Assembly: GCF_006345805.1 (NCBI RefSeq)
Contig: NC_043007.1
Span: 61,938,001-62,002,000 of the forward strand
DNA from: Octopus sinensis
Lineage: Eukaryota
Direction: 5' to 3'
DNA: 64,000 nucleotides
Part shown: piece after piece, positions 28,192 through 39,542 of the stretch
Numbering within the stretch: the first letter of the stretch is position 1
Layout of the letters: each line of letters starts with the position of its first letter
Notes under the pieces: model-generated
Databases searched by the model: none
The model's input: the letters and a program-made list of their open reading frames with translations, nothing else
What the model was told of the DNA's origin: nothing
Position numbers and translations under genes: made by a program

Positions 28192-28293
28192 CACATATAT
28201 ACATATATATACATATACATATATAACACATATCCGCATACATACATACATACATACATATATACACACATACACACACCCACACGTATACAT

Positions 28294-28330
<37 letters not shown>

Positions 28331-28418
28331 CATACATACATATACATACATACATATACATATTACAACACACACATACATACACATATACACATACACG
28401 CACATACATATACATGCA

Positions 28419-28455
<37 letters not shown>

Positions 28456-29084
28456 TATATACATATACATACACACATACACATACAACACATACAATGT
28501 ACACATACACACACATATTCACATATATATATATCCATTATTATATTATATATACATATATATACACACACATATATACATACACACACATTATACATAC
28601 ACACACATACATATATAATACATACACACACATATATATATACCCACACCTACACATACACACATATATATACATATATACATACATATACACACATACA
28701 CACACACACATATATGACATACATACACATACACATACATTACATATACATATACATATACACATGCACACTACGTATAACTCTACATACCCACATAATA
28801 TATTATATATATTATATATATATACATACACATATATATACACATATATATGTGTATATATAACACACATATATATAAGCCATCTACAATCTGTATATAC
28901 ACACACATACATGCACATACACATAACTCTACATACCTACATATACATCGACATACTCGCGTACACTCATATATATATATCATATATATATAAATAGATA
29001 TATATATATATACACACGCACATATATACATATATATATACACACACACACACCATACACATACATATACATATATCATATATA

Positions 29085-29115
<31 letters not shown>

Positions 29116-29472
29116 ATATATTAGCTATATATTATATATATATATATCAACAATTGAGGGTAAAGTTAATTAGTTATTAATCAATTTCACCAAGTATTCA
29201 GTATGTAAAAGGACCATTATTTTTTTGAGTAAACATTGTCTGAGAGAAAATTTTCTTTAAGTAGTGGAAAAGGCTAAAAAACTTATTTGGCTGCTATTTC
29301 TAGAAAGTTCAGTATGTGGCAAAGTAATTTATTTTACTAAGCCCTAATTATATAATTTATTTTACTAAGCCCTAATTATATAATATAATGTTTACTCAAA
29401 AAAATAATGGTCCTTTTACATACTGAATACTTGGTGAAATTGATTAATTAATTAACTTTACCCTCAATTGTT

Positions 29473-29549
<77 letters not shown>

Positions 29550-29676
29550 ATATGTATATGTATGTGTATGTGTGTGTGTGTGTGTATATATATGTATATA
29601 TGTGCGTGTGTGTATATATATATATCTATTTATATATATGTATATATATATATATGTATATGTGTATATGTATGTG

Positions 29677-29717
<41 letters not shown>

Positions 29718-29882
29718 GATTGTACGCGAGTATGTCGATGTATATGTAGGTATGTAGAGTTACGTGTATGTGCATGTATGTGTGTGTATATACAGATTGT
29801 AGATGGGTATATATATGTGTGTGTAATATACACATATATATGTGTAATATATGTGTATGTATATATATATATATAATATATC

Positions 29883-29915
<33 letters not shown>

Positions 29916-30304
29916 GTGGGTCTGTAGAGTTATACGTATGTGCATGTGTATATGTATATTGTATATGTATATGTATGTGTATGTGTAGTATGTACATTTT
30001 ATATGTGGTTGTGTGTGTGTGTATGTGTGTATATGTATGTATATATGTATATATATGTGTGTATGTGTAGGTGTGGGTATATATATGTGTGTGTGTGTGG
30101 TAATGTATAATATATATGTTGTGTGTGTATGTATATATGTGTGTGTATGTATATATGTGTGTGTATATATATATATATATATTATATATATATATATATA
30201 TATATGTATATGCATGTATATGTGTATGTGCGTGTATGTGTATATGTGTGTGTATGTGTGTGTGTATATATGCATATGTATGTATGTATATGTATGTATG
30301 TGTA

Positions 30305-30352
<48 letters not shown>

Positions 30353-30527
30353 ATGTATATGTGTATGTGTATGTATTTGTATGTGTATGCATGCGCGTAT
30401 ATGTATGTATATGTATACGTGTGGGTGTGTGTATGTGTGTATATATGTATGTATGTATGGGTGTATGTATGTATGTATGTATGCGGATATGTGTATATAT
30501 ATGTATATGTATATATATGTATATATG

Positions 30528-30563
<36 letters not shown>

Positions 30564-31108
30564 TGTGTATGTGTATGTGTGTATGTATATATATATGTGT
30601 GTATATATATGTATGTATGTATTTGTATGTAGGTGTATATGTATGTGTGTATATATATTTGGTGTATATGTATAGACTAGTCTTCTAAGATTGTAGACAT
30701 GAATCTGTAGGTACGCGTACGTATGTGTATATACGTGTATGTATGTAGATGTATGTATGTATGAATATAACGCGTGCGTGCGTGTACGTGTATGAGTGTA
30801 CGAATGAAGTGTGTGTGTGCGTGCTAATGAGTGTGCGTGCTAATGAGTGTGCGTGCGTGAGTGAGTGCTTGTGCTCAAGTAGAAAGATAAAAGGGACTAG
30901 CCAAGATGTTTGTGACCAGCGGTCAAAGATAACAAAAGTAATAAATGAAGATAATAAAATTAAAATTAGGGAATGGGTTTGTAATTGTATGTATATATGT
31001 GTGTATGTGTAGGTATGAATAGGTACACATATGTATGTATGTTGTGTATGTATGTGTATATGTTGTTGTGTATACGTACATATATGTGTATGAATAGGTA
31101 CACATATG

Positions 31109-31142
<34 letters not shown>

Positions 31143-31374
31143 ATATATATATATGTGCGTGTGTGTGTACATAATATATGTGTATATGTATATATGAGTA
31201 TATAGGGACTTGTGTGTTGTGTGTGCATGTGTGTATGTGGATAGTGTGTGTATGTATGTACGTGTATGTGTGTGTATGTATATATTTTTTTGTGTGTATG
31301 TGTATGTGTGGTCGTGTGTGTGTATATATACATGTGTGTGTGTATATGTATATGCATGTATATGTGTATGTATG

Positions 31375-31407
<33 letters not shown>

Positions 31408-31437
31408 GTAGATATGTATGTATATGTGTGTGTGTGT

Positions 31438-31472
<35 letters not shown>

Positions 31473-31828
31473 ATATATATATAATATATATATGGGTGTG
31501 TGTGTATGTATGTGTGTAATGTATATGTGTGTGTGTTGAGAATTTCCTTATTTACCTAAAACTCTATTCTTCTATATATTTTTGTATTTTATTTTTTTTT
31601 TATTCTTTTATTTATTCTTCTATCGAATTTACCACTGACTCCTTGACCACTCCCCCAAGTATGATTTTTTTGCGCTATGCCTACCCCCAAAAAGTCCCCC
31701 ACCACCACCCCTATAAACCTGCCTAAATGTATAAATGCCAATACAATTCTTGTTAACTATCTTCCTGTAGATTTCTCTTGAATGAAACAGTTCTAGTCCT
31801 GTAGAAGCTCCTTCTATATAATAAATTA
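26989..31828. repeat. ~4.8-kb inverted duplication (arms 26989-29237 and 29387-31828, 149-bp spacer)
   Basis: Unique islands mirror each other: 27000-27290/31530-31820, 27750-27900/30860-30990, 28010-28050/30660-30710 and 29151-29237/29387-29470. Confidence 0.92.
27008..27058 (-). ncRNA. Compact type I hammerhead ribozyme (mirror copy at 31759-31809 (+) has a core mutation)
   Basis: agcttc-CTGAAGA-t-ttc-tctt-gaa-t-GAAA-cag-ttctagtc-ctg-TA-gaagct. 6-bp stem I, 4-bp stem III, GUA triplet. The mirror copy reads CTGTAGA. Confidence 0.75.
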
Positions 31829-31968
31829 TATATATATATATGTACAAGTATGTATGTATGCATGTATGTATGTATGTATGTATGCATGTATATGTGTGTA
31901 CATGCAAAGTTATAAAAATCAAGAGACATAAGTTTATTAGTTTGTGTACGTGTATATATGTGTGTAGT

Positions 31969-32325
31969 GGAGGCGCAATGGCCTAGTGGTTAGGGCAGCT
32001 GACTCGTGGTCGTAGGATCGCGGTTTCGATTTCCAGACCGGGCGTTGTGAGTGATTATTCAACGAAAACACCTAAAGTTCTACGAAGCTCCGGCAGGGGT
32101 GGGGGACGAATCCTGCTGTACTCTTTCACCACAATTTCTCTCACTCTTTCTTCCTTTTTCTGTTGTACATGTATTTCATATGGCCAGCCTTGTCAGACTC
32201 TGAACTACGTTAAGGGTACACGTGTCTGTGGAGTGCTCAGCCACTTGCACGTTAATTTCACGAGCAGGGTGTTCCGTTGATCAGATCACCTGGAACCCTC
32301 GTCGTCGTAACCGACGGAGTGCCAC
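31969..32325 (+). mobile_element. tRNA-derived SINE, family C (others: 12601-12899(-); 1969-2340(+) with a different 3' tail)
   Basis: ggaggcgcaatggcctagtggttagggcag...ggtttcgatt...gaactacgttaagggtacacgtg...ccgacggagtgcca. Confidence 0.85.
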
Positions 32326-33180
32326 AAAAATATAAGTGCGTGTGTGGGTGTATGTATATATGTATGTACATGTATGCATTTATGTATACATATATATATA
32401 TATATGTGTGTGTGTGTGTCTGTGTGTGTGTTATCAAAGCGATATGATGTGAGTTGAGGGAATATAGGAACTTTATCAAATGGAGATGAATCTAAAAATT
32501 CAAGAATATTAGGGTGCACTTTGCGTAAAAGTATAACAAAAAAAACTATTGAGGGAAGGTAATGATATATTTTAGCATAATTTTATTATTTTCATGTCCC
32601 CAGAATGTGGCAAATTGGTAGAGTCGTTTGAGTAATGCTTTGTTGTAGTTCCAACTCTTTACATCCTGTCTTCAAATCTTGTCGCAATAAACGAGTGTAT
32701 ATATGCGTGTGTATATATACGTGTGTCTATATGCGTCTATATGTGTGTCTATATGTGTGTCTATATGTGTGTATATATGCGTATGTCTACTCTCATCAAA
32801 TATGCTTCGAGAAATAGCTAGATTTATTACCAAAATAATAAAATATTTTTTTTTAAATATGAAAAATTCAAGTTGATAATCTAATTATAATGTCTTGATA
32901 ATTATGTTTCATTAATTGAATAAAAGGTGTATATCAACTCATATATAGGCTAAAATATATATAATTATATGTTTTTAAGAAATTACTATCCATAGCATTG
33001 TTGACGGTTTTGTTAATTTTATAAATCTTCAACGTTTACTTTAGCCGTAAATATTGTTATTAACTGTGAACACTTTCGTGAATGTTTTACAAAGTGTACT
33101 TAATTTTTGTTTTTTTAATATATTTCTAAAACTTCGATTTACCCAAAAAATTGATAGCAACAGTATATTTTGAACGTTTT

Positions 33181-33196
33181 TATTTTATATTTGCAG
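33181..33196 (+). promoter_or_regulatory. Probable 3' splice acceptor of the sHSP coding exon
   Basis: tattttatatttgcag|G, 45 nt upstream of the ATG. The upstream exon was not identified. Confidence 0.6.
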
Positions 33197-33241
33197 GTAT
33201 TCAGGGAGGTACCAACAGCCAGAGACGAAAACAGAAGCGCC

Positions 33242-34201
33242 ATGGCTCACTATCGCACTGAAGTTCATATTCCAGTAAAAAAAGATAGTTTAACTTTTGA
33301 GGACCGCCAAAGGAAAGCGTGGAATAGTATAGAAACCCAGGTAACCGAAAAACGCTCTCAATGGGAGAAAGATTTTCAGAAAATGAAAGAAGACTTCTTC
33401 ACCTTAACTCCGACTGATGCGACAAGCGTAGATAAGTTCTCCAAGGTTGAAGGATTCAGGAGTCTGTACGAAGTCGACAGTCAAGGTATCAGGAAACTGA
33501 AAATTTGCTTTGACGTCTCTGACTTCAGTCCTGAGGAAATACAAGTCAAAATTCAAGACAACAGAATTGTAATTCATGGAAAAAATGAAGAAAAGAAAGG
33601 TAATTCCACATTCAGTCGTGAATACAGTCGACAGATAGATATTCCTTGGGATGTTGATCAAGATAAAATAACCTGCGTCGTCAGTAAAGACGGTATTCTT
33701 ACAGTGGAAGGACCGACACATCAGCAATCTCCTTTTAAGGAAGCAACGTTTCTACCAATAAAATGTGAAAATGTTCCCAGCATATCGCACAAGACATCCG
33801 TGCAGAACCCAATAATTACAGAACCAGACGGTTCCAGGAAACTGCAGCTTCAAGTAGACATTGGCGAATTCAAACCAGAAGAGGTAGTTGTTAAAACCAT
33901 GGACCGGAAATTAGTCGTTTCAGCTCGTCATGAAGAGAAGAGAGAAGGAAGGACCATGCATAAAGAATTCAACAAAGAATACGAACTACCAGAATCTGTG
34001 GATCCAATGAGTGTTAATGCTTTTCTGGCTGAAGATGGCAAACTCACGATAGAAGCACCACTAAAACCCTTACCCCGCCAATCCTACGCCGTAACACAAA
34101 GTTCTGATGTTAAGAAAGTTGTTGTGACCAAAGAATCTCAGTTTACCATAACTGACAGTGCCAACCGTCCAATGGTTACCATTAGTGTACATCCACGTTG
34201 A
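33242..34201 (+). CDS. Small heat-shock protein (HSP20/alpha-crystallin family) with two tandem alpha-crystallin domains, p40/major-egg-antigen-like; 319 aa in one coding exon
   Basis: ORF MAHYRTEVHIPVKK...ISVHPR*. ACD1 (~33491-33715): RKLKICFDVSDFSPEEIQVK...FSREYSRQIDIP...VSKDGILTVEGP. ACD2 (~33836-34060): RKLQLQVDIGEFKPEEVVVK...MHKEFNKEYELP...FLAEDGKLTIEAP. A pyrimidine-rich acceptor (ttttatatttgcag, AG at 33195-33196) precedes ATG 33242, so the track's TTG start at 33170 is probably intronic. AATAAA at 34215-34220. Confidence 0.93.
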   Translation: MAHYRTEVHIPVKKDSLTFEDRQRKAWNSIETQVTEKRSQWEKDFQKMKEDFFTLTPTDATSVDKFSKVEGFRSLYEVDSQGIRKLKICFDVSDFSPEEIQVKIQDNRIVIHGKNEEKKGNSTFSREYSRQIDIPWDVDQDKITCVVSKDGILTVEGPTHQQSPFKEATFLPIKCENVPSISHKTSVQNPIITEPDGSRKLQLQVDIGEFKPEEVVVKTMDRKLVVSARHEEKREGRTMHKEFNKEYELPESVDPMSVNAFLAEDGKLTIEAPLKPLPRQSYAVTQSSDVKKVVVTKESQFTITDSANRPMVTISVHPR

Positions 34202-35799
34202 GAAAGTAATCCGAAATAAAACGTGCAAGAACATTTTTTTGTTTTTTTTTTTCCGTGGAATATATTATTTTAAAAACTGAAGGTTGAAGGACGAATAATG
34301 TAAAAGAAGAGCTGTATAGTAAATTTATTTTTAAAAATACAATGATAAAAAAAATACAATGATAAAATTATAAGCTATTAAACAAACAGTTATAGGTTAG
34401 AATTTCTTGGCGTTCCTAATTCTTCTTCGTTGACAAAAACAATTTTTCCGATTGTAGCATTTTCTTAAATAGAAAACTATAGAAATAGAAGGGAAAGAAA
34501 GAAAACCAATATTTGAAACTGAACGGAAAACATATAACTACCACCAATGCAACTACTACTATCATAACGACAACAACAATAGCGATATAAACAGCAATAA
34601 TGTTTATGTTAATATTATTATTTTACAATTAGTACAAATTTTGTAGAGTTGCATATAACGTTGAGTATGTATGTGTGTATTGCATGTATGCATTATAAAT
34701 GTATGTATTACATGAAGATAATACACACATATATACTCAACATTTAATGCAACTCAGCGAAATTTATACTAATTAAGTACTAATGAAGATAGTATGTAAT
34801 GTAATGTAAGGTATGTCTCCATATTGTGAAGAACAAGGGTAAAAGTACTCTACACATAATATAGAGTATGGCTGTATTTCTATATTTATCCAGCTGAGCC
34901 GTGTGCCGTGACTTGTGTTTTGTGCTTGCACTATCGTTCAGATGGCAGCTTGATCTACAGGGTACACATACACACAGATCAAATTGTTGTATCAACGAGC
35001 GTGTAACAGAAACTTAATTATAGGCATTCAGCTCATCAAAACACACACACACACAAAGACATATACATTTGGTTAATCTGTTCTCGTATGTGCCTAAAGC
35101 AGCGCTATCTCATAATCTTTATTTTCTTAAAAAAAACCTCGCCCTAAACCTTCCGTCGATAAAAATAGTAAGCTACAATGATTACAGAACAATAGAGAAA
35201 GAAAAAAGAGAGAAAGAAAAGAACGAAAGCATGAACGACAGTTAAAAAATGCTGAAATTTATTTATTTATTTCACTATGTTTTGTCCTTTTTTTTTCCTC
35301 CTCACCCTAGGATTGTTACCAATCAATCTGAACTGTTATCAAATCTGATAAATATGGCTTCTAGATGAGACAAGTATTTTGGAAATGAGTTTTGTGCGTG
35401 AGAATTGACAGAAGTTAGATAAGCTGTTATATAAAAAAAATATAACAAAATGTTCCCTATTTTTGCTTTTTTTCATTTGATTGAGTATTATTCTGATAAT
35501 ATAATTTTGTTTTAGTTTCTGTAAAACTTTGGTCTATTCACTCGACATCTCAGCTTTCCGTCGCACAAGAGAGCGATCAGCAACTGTAAGAGATAAATAA
35601 AAAGAAAACAATAAAAAAATGCACATGAAACTTAATGACTATAAAATCTCTACATACGTTCCTTGTTGTTGTCTCTTTCTTATCTTAACTTTTCTAGTTT
35701 TTTTTTGTTTCTTTTTTTCATCTTCGTGTTGCATCTATTTGTGGGGATAGAGGAACAAAATTCGAAAAGGGCGACAAATACTTGAATGAAACGAAAAAT

Positions 35800-36243
35800 G
35801 AAATCTGCCTTCATGGCAGAATTAATAGTCAAGACTATTTTATCTGATCAAATTCACCTTATGTTTGCGGAACTGTTTCCGGAGGGAAAGACAGTCTTTC
35901 AGGATGATAATGCACCAATTCAAAGCATGAGGAACATTCTAGTGATGTTGATCAACTTATCTGGCCACCACAGTCTCCGGATCTCAATATTAGTGAACAT
36001 TTATGGTGCATTTTAGAAAAAACAAGTAAGGAGTCGATATCCTCCATCATGAACACTACAAGAACTGGAGACTGTTTTAGCTGAAGAATAGACAAAAATT
36101 CCTTTGGAAACAATTCAAACTTTGTACAAGTTCATACCTCGTTGAATTCAAGCTGTAATTACTGCCAAAGACGGTCCCACCCAATATTAAAATAAATTTG
36201 CTTGAAATTTTTAAGGTGTTTCCATTATTTTGTCCAATACCTG
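35800..36243 (+). mobile_element. Tc1/mariner transposase 3' remnant with right TIR
   Basis: VFQDDNAPI; SPDLNI-EHLWCILEKQVR; terminal aaggtgtttccattattttgtccaatacctg. Confidence 0.8.
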
Positions 36244-36267
36244 CATATATATGTATGTACGTGTGTA

Positions 36268-37258
36268 TATATATGAATAAATAAATGAATGGAGTTGAAC
36301 GAAGATGTTAACAAAATTCCTTTACTCTCGACATATGTTTCGAAGACAACATGGTTTCATTCCAAAGGAATAAACGGTGCAAGATGCAATCTTCTCATCA
36401 GGAAAGAAATGGGGCCTCTCTCAACAACAAGACAAACAAAAATTGCGATCTCGGAGGACAACCCCAACAGAATTAAATTTTTGTCTAGTAATTCTAAGAT
36501 TAAGAATTCTATTTACCAGTGTAGAATTTCTTCCGGTACCGATGTCTTCTTCTATATAGGAGCGTCCACTTCCCGGTTATCCAAGATAATTTCAAACCAT
36601 TATTCAATATTCAGAGATAGTAAAAAACGCCATAGTACAGGGCTAAGTAAATTAGTTTGGCGTCTTAAAGACAATAATATAGATTTTAAGTTAAATTGGT
36701 TCATACTGTCTGTATACTTTCCCTTTGATAAGGGCAGAAGATTTTGTAACATTTGCAACTCTGAACTCTTCCATATTCTCTTCTCTAAGGTTCCCCTTGT
36801 AAACACACTCATAGAGAAATCGTACAAATGTAAACACTGGCAGAAACATACATTTTACTCATATAAATGATTTCGATAGTCATTGTGGTTTGAACAATTT
36901 GCTTAACGTGCACTCCACTTCAATAGCGAAATTCTTTCCTAAGCCTTTGAACATTCTTTTCATTCCCTACCTATTATTCCTTTAACCCTTCTCTTCCTAC
37001 TATCTAACTTTGACGTCAATTCTACTAACGGTTTTTTTTAAACACTTATTATCGTTTTGTTTACCATGTAGGCAGTCATCGCAATTTTTGTTTGTCTTGT
37101 TGTTGAGAGAGGCCCCCTTTCTTTCTTGATGAGAAGATTGCATCTTGCACCGTTTATTCCTTTGGAATGAAACCATGTTGTCTTCAAAACATATGTCGAG
37201 AGTAAAGAAATTTTGTTAACATCTTCGTTCAACTCCATTCATTTATTTATTCATATAT
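36268..37258. repeat. ~180-bp inverted repeat arms (36268-36449 / 37078-37258) enclosing the GIY-YIG ORF
   Basis: ORF 37038-37238(-) reproduces the first ~55 aa of ORF 36289(+) almost exactly. Confidence 0.9.
36289..36870 (+). mobile_element. PLE-type GIY-YIG endonuclease ORF (193 aa) with no RT nearby
   Basis: NSIYQCRISSG...FYIGASTS...NH...STGLSKLVWRLK...LNWFIL...FCNICNSE...LVN...CKH. The conserved Arg position appears as Ile (SKIISNH). Confidence 0.8.
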
Positions 37259-37487
37259 AACACACAAATTTCTGCACATGAACCCGGAGTTTCTACCCTT
37301 GGACAGGTAGCTTCAACCGTGTTTCTGACGAGAATTTGCTACCCTGGTATCGGTTCATCGAATTTTCCATGTAGACGATAAACATAGGATAATTCATTCT
37401 TCTATCGATGTATATACATATATATATATATATATACATACATATACATACGAACATACACACACACACATATATACATACACACAT

Positions 37488-37520
<33 letters not shown>

Positions 37521-37545
37521 CTTACGTACATATATACACATGTAC

Positions 37546-37576
<31 letters not shown>

Positions 37577-37944
37577 TGTATGTATGTATGCATCTCAAAA
37601 GTAGACACCAGTCGTTCTAGTGATATTTTTGTACGAATACTATCTGGTGCTTTCTTCGAATTTGTTAATCCATTAGTATTTTCATTCCAGCATCGACGTT
37701 GATGGAGACGCCTCGCAGAAATACTCCGACTCATTTGGAATTGTCTTGCAATATCAGCTGCCTTACAACGGGGATTATTTTCAACAACAGGTGTAGGCGT
37801 GGTAAGAAGCTTGCTTCTCAACCACATGGTTCCGGGTTCAATCCCACTGTGTGGCACATTGGGCAAGTGTCTTCTACAATAGCCTCGGGCTGACCAAAGC
37901 ATTATGAGTGGATTTGGTAGACAGAAACTGAAAGAAGCCCGCCC

Positions 37945-38001
<57 letters not shown>

Positions 38002-38064
38002 TATTATATATATATATATAATATATATATACATATATATACATATATACATACATATATACAT

Positions 38065-38097
<33 letters not shown>

Positions 38098-39510
38098 CAT
38101 ACATAACATATATGTATATATTTGTGTGTCTGTGTTTGTTCTCCCAACATCGCTTGACAACCGACGTTGGTGTGTTTACGTCCCCGTAACTTAGTGGTTC
38201 GGCAAAAGAGAATGATAGAATAAGTACTAGGTTTGCAAAGAATAAGTCCTGGGGTCGATTTGTTCGACTAAAGGCGGTGTTCCAGTCACATGACTGAAAC
38301 AAATATAAGAATAGAAGATGAAAGTAAAATGAAAATTCCGTTGACAGCATGAAGGTCCTGTAAGAAAACTTAGGACGATCTGAGTAGAATGCTGTTGATT
38401 CCATTGCTATGCCAGCAATTGTACAATTACTGTATTGACTCTAGCAAGAGGAATCCTAAGGCTTTGTGCAACCTTACGCTGGCTAAGTTCGCCCCCAACT
38501 CTCCAGATTAACCCACAATAAGCCCTCTTTGAAAATCAGACCTCTTTTGCTTCTGTTGTTCGCGACATAGCTATTTGTTGTATACAATTAATATATTAGA
38601 AGCTGAAAAGTGGAGGCACGCGGTTTTATGTTTAGAGGAGTTGTTCTGAAGAACGTAAGACTGTGGTTTTGGATTCCTGAAGTAGGCGACGTGTTGTACT
38701 CTTGAGTAAAACTCAGCTGACAAAAATTAGTAATCCGGCAACCCGTCCAGTGAAGGTAGGGCGAAATATATGCGTCACGAAAACAGGGAAACCGGCCGTA
38801 CGACTCGGAAATGATCTTTATGCATTTTCTTTTCTTTTTTAAAATTATATTTAAGGTGGTCAGCTGACAGAATCATTAGCACACCGAAAGGCATTTCGTC
38901 CGATTTTACGTTCTGAGTTCAAACTCCACCAAGGTCGACATTGCCTTTCATCCTTTCGAGCTCGATAAAATAAGTGCTTATTTTATCGAGCCCGAAAGGA
39001 TGAAAGGCACTGGGATCGATGTAATTGATTTACCCCATCCCCCGAACTTTCTGGCATTGTGCCAAAATTTGAAACCAATACATTATGACCTGAAAAGTGG
39101 AGACCCGAGGCTTAATGGTTAGGGTGTTGGGCTTATGATTGCAAGATTGTGATTTCAATTCCGGGACCGGGCGATGTGCTGTGTTCTTAAGCAAAACAAT
39201 TTATTTGCATTGTTCCAGTCCACTCATCTGATAAAAAGTTTGTAATCCTCCGATGGATCAGCGTCCCATCTAACGGGAAATACACACGCCGGAAGGACTC
39301 TTTATCTTTATCTTTATTTTTTTTCTTTAGGTGAGCTGGCAGAATAGTTAGCATGCCGAGCGAAATGCTTAGCGGCATTTCGTCCGTTTTAGTTCAAATT
39401 TCGCCGGGGATAACTTTGCCTTTCATCCTGTCGAGGTCGATAAAATAAAGTACCAGTCGAGCACTGGGATCGATGGTGGTGGTGGGACAAACACAGACAA
39501 AAAGACACAT

Positions 39511-39542
<32 letters not shown>

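Noticed and set aside
33074-33088. HSE-like TTCgtGAAtgTTT upstream of the sHSP exon (also a two-unit TTCgaGAA near 32806)
   Set aside because: Imperfect, lies in probable intron sequence, and is expected by chance in AT-rich DNA.
33170-33241. N-terminal extension of the sHSP ORF from the TTG start in the track
   Set aside because: It crosses a good splice acceptor; ATG 33242 is the more plausible start.
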